NCBI GenBank assembly: GCA_036384215.1
Contig: DASVMX010000143.1
Span: 21 to 64,020, forward strand
DNA from: Ktedonobacteraceae bacterium
Lineage (GTDB): Bacteria > Chloroflexota > Ktedonobacteria > Ktedonobacterales > Ktedonobacteraceae
Reading direction: 5' to 3'
DNA: 64,000 nucleotides
Shown: piece by piece, positions 10,001 to 18,299 of the stretch
Numbering within the stretch: the first letter of the stretch is position 1
Layout: the number at the start of each line of letters is the position of its first letter
The notes under the pieces: generated by a model
What the model was told of the DNA's origin: nothing
The model's input: the letters and a program-made list of their open reading frames with translations, nothing else
Database searches by the model: none
Position numbers and translations under genes: made by a program

Positions 10001-10368
10001 TCAAGATGGTCGATCTTTACAGAGGGGATTATGTCCGGTCGTTTTATAGCGACTGGTGTAGTTTTCGCCGCGACGAATTGCGCCAGGCCTATCTCGACGC
10101 CCGGCGTTCGCTGGCACAAATGGCCTGGAGCCAGGAACTCTTCGACGAAAGCCTCAGCCACTGGAAACATATGCTCATCGTGGACGGCTGCCTGGAAGAA
10201 GCTCATTACGGGCTGATGCGCTGTTACCTGCGCCAGGGCAAAAGAAGCCTGGTCCTGCGCCAGTATCAGCGCTGCGCGGAAACGCTGAAGAGCGAGCTTG
10301 GCATCAAGCCGGGTCCAGCTTTGCAAAACCTGTATCAGCAGATCATCGCTTCTCCAGAAGCCCGTTAG
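7033..10368 (+). CDS. Large transcriptional regulator: MalT-type STAND ATPase + TPR + C-terminal OmpR-type wHTH and BTAD (SARP module)
   Basis: The N-terminus matches the MalT/LAL pattern (SKITAPLLPPTTLYRASLIQKL) and has an intact Walker A (CAPAGYGKTLLL). The centre is TPR-like. The C-terminus is SARP-like (ILEALWPE..VYYARKALG; LMRCYLRQGKRSLVLRQYQRCAETLKSELGIKPGPALQNLYQQI). I moved the start from 6940 to ATG 7033, which has an AGAGG SD. Confidence 0.85.
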   Translation: MADLLTLSKITAPLLPPTTLYRASLIQKLNKVADKPPGEAFSYKLILLCAPAGYGKTLLLADFARHTSIPCCWYFLDQNDGDRACFLTTLLASIRQRFPTFGPVLDGLLASTVPTMTSLTRQPYSFEEMMDALLATMKAEITERFALFFCNYHEISQNKSINALINHFLAHLPTQCIVVIESRTIPPLEFAPLITQRKILSLGRAILRFTPQEIRDLALLQGNAPLSEAEAGHIADSFDGWIAGILLSTRLGEIQFLDPAASTDSDSPLSLIQGSRKELLAYFLTEVFGRDLATYAFLKDASILQYMLPSICNRLLQIDDAGERLRYLAQQGLFVVRSGEEPEVFYTCHPFVRELLSDELRRQEPEHFARLHRRAAELFHAAGDHNQALYHAFQTDRWHIAESIIIEVKDTMLARGQVETLARWLDDLLVRASSLHSVLLLVRARIHLIFGEDGQALSLLETAARAIDGRQPLPGVDNVSILQAEVALLRSKVLFQKREYAQAQALCRNVLNTVSVEEIDLRADAYACLAIGENLIGDFHTGIAYLQKALHLWGRDAQTRQTADLHSALASTYGLIGNFALAEHHLARAFTCWKYLHNDWGKIDNLIRAGLIKHYQGDLGEAEVCFTRALALSRGPIHFRREEAYTLVSLGELHQNQGLSNHALACLDDGLALALQMEDGYLTNYAYRTLALTHLLIGDASTALLLVSKIDLHSEQTTSISYERTLRELVYGTILLHQKYAAEACTCLIALEKPLSQMGLKREQVQLTLRLAACQLALGNRVEVIKRLEALATTAWRDNLEYFITTELHSLPDLEYFVKTQQAMVQIRTYLRQASDIPDEPFFPEIPRGRTPGPTVVTVSSRRPVLAIQGLGEPAITLDGVPVTNWHLARAMELAFFLLEKNHPVHKDQILEALWPEMLGQVEQTLRTNVYYARKALGSKAILYQSGAYELKLAPLYKVVYDVASFQEHARQACEALEVGKNELGRDHFLKMVDLYRGDYVRSFYSDWCSFRRDELRQAYLDARRSLAQMAWSQELFDESLSHWKHMLIVDGCLEEAHYGLMRCYLRQGKRSLVLRQYQRCAETLKSELGIKPGPALQNLYQQIIASPEAR

Positions 10369-10447
10369 CCCCTCATCTCCGGCCCGCTCGCTCATAAGCA
10401 TGGCCAGATCCCACCAGCCACCAGCGAGGCGGGCAGCGCGCCTTCGC

Positions 10448-10708
10448 TCAGGCCAGGGGACCCGACCAGGGATCTTCACGCGGAGAGGCCTGGTCAGTTG
10501 CTTTCTCTGGAGCAAGCCTGGCGCTCACGAGCCGGCTAAATTCACAGAGCGTCGACGCGCTGACCTGCTCGATGACCTCGCTCTCGCTCTGGGTGAGCTG
10601 AAAGCCTTGCTGCTGGATAGCACTCAGCGGATGGAGAAGCAGAGCCTGGCAAAAATCGTCGTCAAGGGTTGCCAGGCCTAAAATCTGGTTGATGGTATCC
10701 CAGGACAT
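10448..10708 (-). CDS. Small helical protein resembling Os1348/LigA-type NHLP-clan RiPP leader proteins (candidate precursor)
   Basis: The sequence MSWDTINQILGLATLDDDFCQALLLHPLSAIQQQGFQLTQSESEVIEQVSASTLCEFSRLV follows the pattern I recall for NHLP-clan / LigA-like leaders (D-x-x-F-x-x-x-L-L-x-x-P, then G-[FL]-x-L-[TS]-x-x-E). It is the last gene of the minus operon, after pmbA. An alternative start lies at 10735. Confidence 0.5.
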   Translation of the reverse strand: MSWDTINQILGLATLDDDFCQALLLHPLSAIQQQGFQLTQSESEVIEQVSASTLCEFSRLVSARLAPEKATDQASPREDPWSGPLA

Positions 10709-10837
10709 GGCTTTTCTTGCTTTCTCTAACCTCAACAGTACACAGCTTTATATCTATCAGTAACGGGCTGCTGCAACCGCGCTCCCGGGAGTTGTGAGCA
10801 CAGGTCGCAGCTTACCCTCGCGACGCACGTTGGCGAC

Positions 10838-12175
10838 TTACCCGACCTGGACGCGGGCGATGAGCAGGCTGGGTGCGCCGGCTCCATCGGCCAGGGGCGA
10901 GAACTGCAAATCGGAGCCACAGGCGCGCACATTCCGCAGCAGCTCGAAGATGTTGGCAGAAATGGGCACACCGCTGACGGGATAACGCGGCTGCCCCTGC
11001 TCAATCCACCAGCCCTGCACAACCAGGGTAAATTTGCCAGTGGTGCCCTGGATACGCCCGGGGCGCAGGACGCTGGTGACGATGATCCCGTGCTGGAGTT
11101 GCTGGCGCAATTCATCCGGCGTGGCGTTGCCAGCCTGAAGATAGACGTTCGAGGGCGCCGCCCGCGGCTGCTGCCAGAGCGATGGTTTCAACGCATTGCC
11201 TCCGGGCGTCGCGTTCAGCAGGTCCGCGCTGCGCAGGGTGTGCAGAAAGGCACGCAGCCGGCCCTGCTCCACCAGGGTGGTCGCACTCACAGGCGTCCCT
11301 TCATCGTCAAACGGGCGACTCTTGAGACCGGTGTGCAAGGCGCCATCGTCGATCAGCGACACCGCGGGCGAGGCAATGGGATGGTCGATGCTTTTGAGCA
11401 ATGGCTTGAGATCCTGGAGCACATTTTCGGCGGTCAGCAGCACGCCGAGGGAGCGCGCGATATCGGCGGCAGCGAGCGGCGGCAGGAGAACCTCGCAGGG
11501 ACCAGCGGGCGCCTGCCTCGAAGGCTCGTGCAAGAACACGAGATGATCGCTCACGTGCTGGCCGAGCGCCTCCAGGTCCAGGCCAGCAAAGCACTGGCTG
11601 GAGGCCGCCGTCGTGAGATGCCCGAACGCTCCCTCGGCCCAGATCCAGATGCGATAGTTGCTCGTCTGGCAAACCGCTCGCAGGCCGCGAGAGTTGACCA
11701 GCCCTGTAAATGAAGTTGACTCCGCGTAACAGGCGTGTACAATCAGCCCGGTCGCCGGCTGCTTGCTGCTGATTGTGGCCATGACCTCCTCGATCATGGC
11801 CCGTTTGCGCGCCTGGGCGAGCAACGGCTCCTGGGCGAGAGCAAATGGCGAGCAACTCCGCTCGCTGTTCAGCCATGCAGGCGAGGAGATGCCGCGCTGG
11901 CGCGCCTCCAGCACCGCCTGGCGAGCAATAGTGGCCAGGCCAGCAGCGGACAAATCATTGGTCGAGAGCAGAGCCAGCCGATCATCACACCACACGCGCA
12001 GCGCCAGCCCGCTCTGCCAGCCGCTGCTCTCGTTGCAGTGGTCTTGCTGGAGGGTGATACGCGTGGCCGGTCCCTGGCGCAGGTAGACATCAGCCTCGTC
12101 GGCGCCAGCATCCAGAGCCATATCCAGCAGTTGCGTGGCTCTCTGTAGAACCTCTGTGACCTCAGACATTGGCAT
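10838..12175 (-). CDS. pmbA: PmbA/TldE-family peptidase U62 subunit (non-catalytic partner)
   Basis: The N-terminus is typical of the family (LDMALDAGADEADVYLRQG..ITLQQ). No HExxxH motif is present. Its ATG overlaps the tldD stop by 1 nt (TAATG). Confidence 0.85.
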   Translation of the reverse strand: MPMSEVTEVLQRATQLLDMALDAGADEADVYLRQGPATRITLQQDHCNESSGWQSGLALRVWCDDRLALLSTNDLSAAGLATIARQAVLEARQRGISSPAWLNSERSCSPFALAQEPLLAQARKRAMIEEVMATISSKQPATGLIVHACYAESTSFTGLVNSRGLRAVCQTSNYRIWIWAEGAFGHLTTAASSQCFAGLDLEALGQHVSDHLVFLHEPSRQAPAGPCEVLLPPLAAADIARSLGVLLTAENVLQDLKPLLKSIDHPIASPAVSLIDDGALHTGLKSRPFDDEGTPVSATTLVEQGRLRAFLHTLRSADLLNATPGGNALKPSLWQQPRAAPSNVYLQAGNATPDELRQQLQHGIIVTSVLRPGRIQGTTGKFTLVVQGWWIEQGQPRYPVSGVPISANIFELLRNVRACGSDLQFSPLADGAGAPSLLIARVQVG

Positions 12176-13530
12176 TAGCCTCCCCAGACAAGCAATTGAG
12201 GAACGCGCAGAGCTGGCTGACCGACCGAGACAACCAGGGGAAACTGGTCAAGTTTGTTGCACAGATAGCAGTAGTTGAGAAACTGGCAATCCGTGCTGAC
12301 CCGGTCGATGGCGTGCAGCACCTTCGGCCCATGCCCGGAAAGCATCGTCCCCAGGATGGGAGCAGTGATGCGTCCATTTTCCACCAGATAGCCCTCATCC
12401 ACGCGCAAGTTGAAGCGGCCGGAACCCATATCGGTATCGCCGCCAGAGATGGACTGAACCAGGATGCCCTGCTTTGTCCCGGCGACGATCTCCTCGAAGC
12501 TGGACTCGCCCGGCGCGACATAAGTGGTGCTCATGCGCGGAAGTGGCTGATAGGCATAGCTCAGACGGCGACCGTGGCCATTGGAGGCCCGGCCCGCGCC
12601 GGCGCTCCGCCGATCGTAGAGATAGTTGCGCAGAATACCCTGCTCGATCAGAACAGTTGGTCTGGCCGGTTCGCCCTCGTCGTCAAAGTGATAGAGAGCA
12701 GCACTCTCGGACGGTGCCGGATCATCGATAACGGTGATGATAGGCGCCGCGACCTGCCGGCCCAGGCAGCCCGCGTACGCCGAACTGGCCTGGCGGGCGA
12801 TGTCTGCCTCGAGCGCGTGACCACAGGCTTCGTGCAGGAGCACGGCCGGACCACCTGGCCCCAGGATCACGGTCATCTCGCCGGAGGGTGCCTCGACCGC
12901 CTCCACGCGGAGCAGCGCCGCCTCCATAGCCTGGCGAGCAATCGCCAGATGGCTATCATCCTGGCACAGGCCGGCGAGATGGGTTGCGCCGACCGAGCGT
13001 CGGCTTTTACGCACCTTGCGCTCGTGACGCAGGACGACCTCAACGTGGATCGCGGCGTGGTCTCGCTGATCCCTCACAATGCGACCATCGGAGCGACCAA
13101 CCAGGACCGTCTGCCATGTCGCGACGACACGTGTTGTGATATGGGTTGTGAAGCGGGGGCTGCTATGGCGCCGCGCCTCGGCCAGCGCGGCCTCGGCCAG
13201 GCGCAGCATCTCGGCCAGCAGCCGCTCAGCGCCAGGCGTCTGGCACGTGGCAAACGCTGGCGCCGTCGGTCGGACCTCGTCGCGCAGGCAGGGAACGAGC
13301 GCCCTGACGCCCGCCTCCGACAGGTCCGGGGTATGGACGTACTGGCTGGTCCCATCGCGCACTCGCCGGAGGCCCACTCCCTGCTCGGTGCGCACGCGAG
13401 CGTTGCGCAGTTCGCCATCTGTCAACTCGTACACCGCGTTGGTGATACGCTCAGCAAAGAGATCGGCGAACGTATCACCAGAGCGCAGAACGTCCGCAAG
13501 TGCTGCGTGAACCACATCGTGATCAAGCAT
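12175..13530 (-). CDS. tldD: TldD-family zinc metalloprotease (peptidase U62)
   Basis: The catalytic motif is LLHEACGHALEAD. The TldD-like N-terminus reads FADLFAERITNAVYELTDGEL. An AGGAGG SD lies upstream. Confidence 0.9.
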   Translation of the reverse strand: MLDHDVVHAALADVLRSGDTFADLFAERITNAVYELTDGELRNARVRTEQGVGLRRVRDGTSQYVHTPDLSEAGVRALVPCLRDEVRPTAPAFATCQTPGAERLLAEMLRLAEAALAEARRHSSPRFTTHITTRVVATWQTVLVGRSDGRIVRDQRDHAAIHVEVVLRHERKVRKSRRSVGATHLAGLCQDDSHLAIARQAMEAALLRVEAVEAPSGEMTVILGPGGPAVLLHEACGHALEADIARQASSAYAGCLGRQVAAPIITVIDDPAPSESAALYHFDDEGEPARPTVLIEQGILRNYLYDRRSAGAGRASNGHGRRLSYAYQPLPRMSTTYVAPGESSFEEIVAGTKQGILVQSISGGDTDMGSGRFNLRVDEGYLVENGRITAPILGTMLSGHGPKVLHAIDRVSTDCQFLNYCYLCNKLDQFPLVVSVGQPALRVPQLLVWGG

Positions 13531-13753
13531 ACATCAACTCCTCCTGTCCAGAGAGGCAATAAGGGCAGTTTTACCAACAATCGAGAGAAGAATGCATCAC
13601 CACTGCGCCAGGGCATCAGGAAGGCCATCTTCCCAATCCCCAGACGCCCGTCGGTACAGCCCCGGCATTGCTGACTCGCCTTGCGTCTGCCTCCTGTAGT
13701 AGCGATGCTGGCCATCGCCATGGCCCGATCTACCAGGAAACCCATCGCCGCCG

Positions 13754-15244
13754 CTACCCCTGATGCGGCCGGGAAGCCGGCGCCCTGGAGAGCAAGCTTG
13801 TGGGAAATGCCACAGGGTTGCGCGTGGCCAGGATGATGTTGATGCTCGATGCATCGTAACAGTGCAGCGCCATAAGCCCGGCTCCGGCCAGGAGATCGGC
13901 ATATTCGTTCAGGGAAAGCAGATCGCCCTGCGAGGAGATAAATTCTTTGACCGCGAAGTAGAGCGAATTGAGTGGTCCGTCGCGTCGCTCATTGAGGACC
14001 GAATCAGCAATGAGCAGGACGCCATCTGGACGGAGCGCGCGTGCCAGACGCGCAAAGAGAGGCGGCAGATCCTGCGGGTGCTGGGTATGGCATACCTGCC
14101 CCAGAATAATCGCATCAAACGCATTTTCTCCATAATCGACGTGCAGGAGATCACCAGTCCAGAAACGGGCCTGGGCGGTCAGGTTGAGCCGCTCGATATT
14201 GCGCTGAGCCTGGGGCAACACCTGGGGTTGGTCCAGGAAGGTGACAATCGCGGTCGGCTCGGTGCGAGCGACCCCGACACCCCAGACGCCGGAGCCGGCG
14301 CCGACATCCAGCACGGCAGCGTGAGCGAGCGAGCGCCCCCGCGCCAGGGTCATAGCAACGGTGCTGGTAAGCTGCAAATACGAGGGGAAGATGAGCGTAT
14401 TGTATCTGGCCAGGGCCAGGTAGAAACTATTACTCTGTTCCGGGTCCTGCAAATCTAGAATGTGCCGATTGTGCAGAATAGTCTCGTCAAGCTGGCCCAG
14501 CGCCTCCCAGTACAGGCCCGTGAGGTGGCATCCCTGGCCATAAAAGAGCACGTTCCGCCGATTCAGCACACGCTGCGCCTCTGCACAGTAGCGATAATTC
14601 TCTCCATCTGCCTCCAATATTCCCAGTTGTACGAGGAGGGTAAGTAACATGTTCAGCCCGGCGGGATGCGCCTGGCAGGTCTCGGCCACCTGACTCAAGG
14701 AATACGTGCTCTCGCTAAAGAGGTGGAACAGATCCATTTCGGAGGCGCAGATCAGAGCCTGGGTTCGCAAGAACTGGCGAGCTACGCGGTCGAAGAGCTT
14801 TTCAGCTTCGTCCGGCACATCAGACGGAACATCCTTGACGGAGAACAGGCGGGTGTAGTGCTCTAGCAAATCCCAATTACAGCCGTCGTGCCGCACCGGG
14901 GCTCCAGTACGCACGGCTGCGGGCAGCTTGCGCGCCGGCTGCCACCAACGGCTGGCCTGGCTCAGGCGCCCGGTGAAAGAGCGGTCGTGGAGCGGACCGG
15001 CCAGCGCGGGGCTGAGCGCCAGACTGCCACCCTCATCCGCAGTCAGCACGCCGCTACCGACCAGCATCTCCGTCACGACACGTGTGCCCCGTAGCGAGGT
15101 CCCCAGGCGCCGTGCCAGTTGATCTACCCGCATTGTGTCCTGGCCGAGGGCGTCAAACAGCTTCAGGCGCAAGGCCGTATGCAGCACAGCCGAATCGACG
15201 CAGGCATATTTGGTTAAAAATTCCAGATCGTGAGCAAGATCCAT
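13754..15244 (-). CDS. Class I SAM-dependent (O-)methyltransferase with two N-terminal winged-helix/dimerisation-like segments
   Basis: The SAM motif I is VLDVGAGSGVWG, with a post-I FLDQP and LRPDGVLLIAD. The N-terminus has two OMT-dimerisation-like segments (SAVLHTALRLKLFDAL..VDQLARRLG and ICASEMDLFHLFSE..LSQVAETC). I moved the start from 15775 to ATG 15244 (SD GGAGAGGAGAGAG), because the track ORF otherwise overlaps the upstream gene by more than 350 nt. Confidence 0.85.
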   Translation of the reverse strand: MDLAHDLEFLTKYACVDSAVLHTALRLKLFDALGQDTMRVDQLARRLGTSLRGTRVVTEMLVGSGVLTADEGGSLALSPALAGPLHDRSFTGRLSQASRWWQPARKLPAAVRTGAPVRHDGCNWDLLEHYTRLFSVKDVPSDVPDEAEKLFDRVARQFLRTQALICASEMDLFHLFSESTYSLSQVAETCQAHPAGLNMLLTLLVQLGILEADGENYRYCAEAQRVLNRRNVLFYGQGCHLTGLYWEALGQLDETILHNRHILDLQDPEQSNSFYLALARYNTLIFPSYLQLTSTVAMTLARGRSLAHAAVLDVGAGSGVWGVGVARTEPTAIVTFLDQPQVLPQAQRNIERLNLTAQARFWTGDLLHVDYGENAFDAIILGQVCHTQHPQDLPPLFARLARALRPDGVLLIADSVLNERRDGPLNSLYFAVKEFISSQGDLLSLNEYADLLAGAGLMALHCYDASSINIILATRNPVAFPTSLLSRAPASRPHQG

Positions 15245-15417
15245 ATGCTCTCTCCTCTCCTGGTCCTTGAAAAGATCCTCGCACCCTATCCAGGCAGGAT
15301 TCTCCCGGCTCGCCCCTCCCTCGGGTGAGGGAGGTGGCGTCTCGTCTGTATGAGCGGGACGGCCGCCCCGGTGTTCGTCTGCCTGCTCAGCTGGAGTTCC
15401 CGTGCGAAGAGCTGAAT

Positions 15418-17565
15418 TCAGGAGGCCGTTTTCTCCGGGTAGAGATTCATCAGATAGAATGGTTTGTTGAGCTTCGTGCCCGGAGCCACCAGCGAGCTCT
15501 GTTCCCACGCGGCCACAGCCTCCGGCGTCGGATGTTCCAGGCATGCACGGGCCTGCTCGACGGTACCGAGCAAATCCTCGCAGAGTTCGATGCACAGGCG
15601 CCGTGCTCGCCGCAGGAGATTCCCGGACTCCTCTCCCTCCTGCAACTGATAAGCGCAGAGAGCGCGGGCGAGCAGGGATTCGGGCAGGTGATCGTAATCT
15701 CCAAGCTTTTCGCGCAACTCCACGCTGCGTCCATACCACTGATGAGCCTGGCGAAACTCGGCCAGGCGATAGCACAGGTAGCCGCAGGCTCGGGCGATGA
15801 TCTCGCTGTGAAAGCTATCCTCGCCAGCCACGGCTTGCTCATAGCTTTGCTTATAGCACTCCAGAGCAGGCGCCAGAGCCCCGGCCTTCATGCGCAAGCC
15901 GCCTTCGCGGAACAAATAGTGTTTGGCAAAGATTTCGTTCGCAACGCTCAGGAAGCTGCGAAAAAAGGTCCAGGTGGACAGCGCCTGCTCTAGCCGGCCG
16001 GTATCTTCGAGGAGCACGGAGATATTGGAGACCAAATTGACCTTGAGATGGGTCGCCTCTTTCTGATGCAGGGGCTTCATGAGCGAGAGCGCGTTCTGCA
16101 CCATGGTCATGCCATCGCGGTAGTGTCCCTGCTGGTAATTCATCAGGGCACTGACGTTGAGCAGCCAGCCGTGCTCCAGCACTGCCTCGGGAGTGGACAG
16201 CCCATTGATCGCCTGGAATCCCTGGAGCAGGTATGTTCGCGCCTGCTCGATACGGTGCAGGCGTTTGCCAGTGATCAGGCCCAGGTACATACAGAGCTGG
16301 GCGCGCATCTCCGGCGCGGTCGCCAGCTCCAGGGCCAGTTGATAGCAGCTTGACGCCGCCTCGTGATGTTCAAGAAAAGTCTGGGCCAGCGCAATGGCTT
16401 TCCAGGTCGCGATCAGAATATCGCGCCTCTGGTGGATTTCCGCCACGGAGAATTCGAGTGCGACATAGAGATCATGGGCGGTCAGCGGCTTCCAGATAGC
16501 TTTAAAGCGCTCGACATCAAATTGCTCATCGCTGAGTACACCGAGCAAGACGATAATCTGCCGCCCCAGGAAAAGCACGGTCTCCATGTTGAGGACGAAC
16601 AGGGCCAGGCGCGTAGCCTGAAGCGCATAGGCACATCCCTCTTCGATCTGTCCCTGCGTGAAATGAGACAGGGCCAGTTGGGTTGCCTGCGCTTCATCGC
16701 ATGGTCCTCCAGAGACAGGGTCAACGACAGCAGAAACGGCCGCCATGGTATCAGCATCAGAACCGATGTCTGGCAGCGCGATTTCCTCTCCAAGCAACTG
16801 GCTCCGCACTCGCTCTAACAGCCGGGCATGTTCCCTCCGCCAGTCGAGGAAGCCCGCGATCTCCGCTGGCAGCGAGTGCTCTTCAGCAGAGGTTCCAACA
16901 ACAGCGGACTCGCGCAGCACACCCACCAGCACCAGGGGGATATGGGCCTGATTAATCCAGCGATTGAGCCGGCGGAAGGTCAGCAGAGTCAGGCGGTCGG
17001 CTGCCTGTAGCTCATCCCACCAGAGCACCAGAGGTCCCCGGGCTAGCGTCGGACTGGCCTGACGGGCCTCGATCACAAACTGGCAGAGGCCATTGATCAT
17101 GCGGAAAGCCTGCTCGGACTCGCGGTGAGAGCGGCGCTCGGATGGCGTCAGAGCAATCTGGGAAAGCGAGAGCGCCGGCTGGAAGCCCAGGCGGTCCATC
17201 AGCTGGGGATGGAGCGCGCTCAACTCCGCCGCGTAGCGCTGGATGATCTCCGGCGTCTCCTCGGCCACCAGCGGTAGCAACTGCTCCAGGAGTTGGCGGA
17301 CCGGCCAGAACGAGATCATCCCAGGCTGGAGACAACATACATGCAGCATGGTGCCACCTCGCTCGCTGACGAAGTGGCGATACTCCTGGCGGTGATCCTC
17401 AAGAGCAGCACCCGCACCCTGCGCCACGATCAGCAGGCTGCGAACGGTGGTTGGATCGCAGTCCGCGGCCTGGCGATAGAGGGTCTGGAGGCGCTGCTCT
17501 ATCCGCGCTTCCTGCTGCTGATGTAAAGGCTCCGCCTGGACGACGGGTCTAGAAGTGGAACTCAT
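15418..17565 (-). CDS. STAND-like/TPR repeat protein, paralog 1 (degenerate P-loop)
   Basis: Paralogous to 22038-24344 and 41291-43285. Shared blocks are SERRSHRESEQAFRMING, LVLWWDELQAADRLTLL (Walker-B-like) and HLKVNLVSNISVLLEDTG..FFRSFL. The C-terminal half is TPR-like. QGAGAALED sits where the P-loop should be. The preferred start is ATG 17565 (SD AAGGAG). Confidence 0.75.
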   Translation of the reverse strand: MSSTSRPVVQAEPLHQQQEARIEQRLQTLYRQAADCDPTTVRSLLIVAQGAGAALEDHRQEYRHFVSERGGTMLHVCCLQPGMISFWPVRQLLEQLLPLVAEETPEIIQRYAAELSALHPQLMDRLGFQPALSLSQIALTPSERRSHRESEQAFRMINGLCQFVIEARQASPTLARGPLVLWWDELQAADRLTLLTFRRLNRWINQAHIPLVLVGVLRESAVVGTSAEEHSLPAEIAGFLDWRREHARLLERVRSQLLGEEIALPDIGSDADTMAAVSAVVDPVSGGPCDEAQATQLALSHFTQGQIEEGCAYALQATRLALFVLNMETVLFLGRQIIVLLGVLSDEQFDVERFKAIWKPLTAHDLYVALEFSVAEIHQRRDILIATWKAIALAQTFLEHHEAASSCYQLALELATAPEMRAQLCMYLGLITGKRLHRIEQARTYLLQGFQAINGLSTPEAVLEHGWLLNVSALMNYQQGHYRDGMTMVQNALSLMKPLHQKEATHLKVNLVSNISVLLEDTGRLEQALSTWTFFRSFLSVANEIFAKHYLFREGGLRMKAGALAPALECYKQSYEQAVAGEDSFHSEIIARACGYLCYRLAEFRQAHQWYGRSVELREKLGDYDHLPESLLARALCAYQLQEGEESGNLLRRARRLCIELCEDLLGTVEQARACLEHPTPEAVAAWEQSSLVAPGTKLNKPFYLMNLYPEKTAS

Positions 17566-17854
17566 CGCAACCTTTCTCCTTTTTTGCAGAGAGAGAACCG
17601 GGGCACGAGGCACGAAGGGGCAGGCAAGCTGTCCCTCTGCCTGCGGGTTGACCGCAAGAAAACCGAAGCACGAAGAGACAGGCAAGCGGCGGGACAACTT
17701 CTCGCGGCGCGAGAAGTCGCCGATGACCTGGCGTCATTGACCTTGCCGACGCAGCCTATCTGCGTTGGGCCCCCTGCAAACACATGAACCGCACCCTCTC
17801 TTCCCCCTGCCCTCTCAGCCTCTCATCTCTCAGGAGGGAGTTCGGGGAATGATC

Positions 17855-18111
17855 GGGGGAACGGGTTCGCTTGTAGTGTAGCCAGAGAGTTGGCGCCTTG
17901 CCAGAGACACCAGTACGCACCGAAAGAGTATCTTTGTACTCTCACCCATATTGTTTCCGCAAAACTGCGAGCACGACCGGGTGAGCCATCTCGCTGACAA
18001 GTATCATAATACTTCTTGCGCCGGGACATATGTCCCCCTGGCAGTGTATCGATGAACCTAGACAGGAGAAAAGACGCTGGCTACACTACAAGCGGACCCC
18101 TTCCCCTGACC
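17855..18111. repeat. Inverted-repeat-bounded element, copy 1 (arms about 17855-17885 and 18077-18111)
   Basis: The left arm is GGGGGAACGGGTTCGCTTGTAGTGTAGCCAG. The reverse complement of the right arm is GGTCAGGGGAAGGGGTCCGCTTGTAGTGTAGCCAG. The arms are homologous to those at 37831-38178. Confidence 0.6.
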
Positions 18112-18299
18112 ACCCTGCTGGCTTCCTCCTGCCTTCAGGAGGCTGAGAGGGCATGGCAACCCCCGGCTACAACGGGTGCCAGAACCAGCAAGCAAGGCAG
18201 TAGCTTTGCGTTGAGGGAGGGTATGGTAGGGGAAAAGGGATCTTCTATAGGACAATCGTTGTCTTTTGGAATGTCTCTTCATCCTTTTCGGAGGTTTTT

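Noticed and set aside
12169-13674. The 501-aa plus-strand ORF covering the whole tldD locus.
   Set aside because: It is antisense to a gene with unmistakable TldD motifs (HEACGHALE). Its translation is Arg/Gly/Ala-rich with no recognisable domain. It is a classic shadow ORF in high-GC DNA.
15245-15775. The N-terminal 177 codons of the track's 673-aa version of the methyltransferase ORF.
   Set aside because: This part overlaps the 3' end of TPR paralog 1 by more than 350 nt. It is Arg/Gly/Pro-rich and lacks OMT homology. ATG 15244 has a strong SD and marks the start of the OMT-like sequence.
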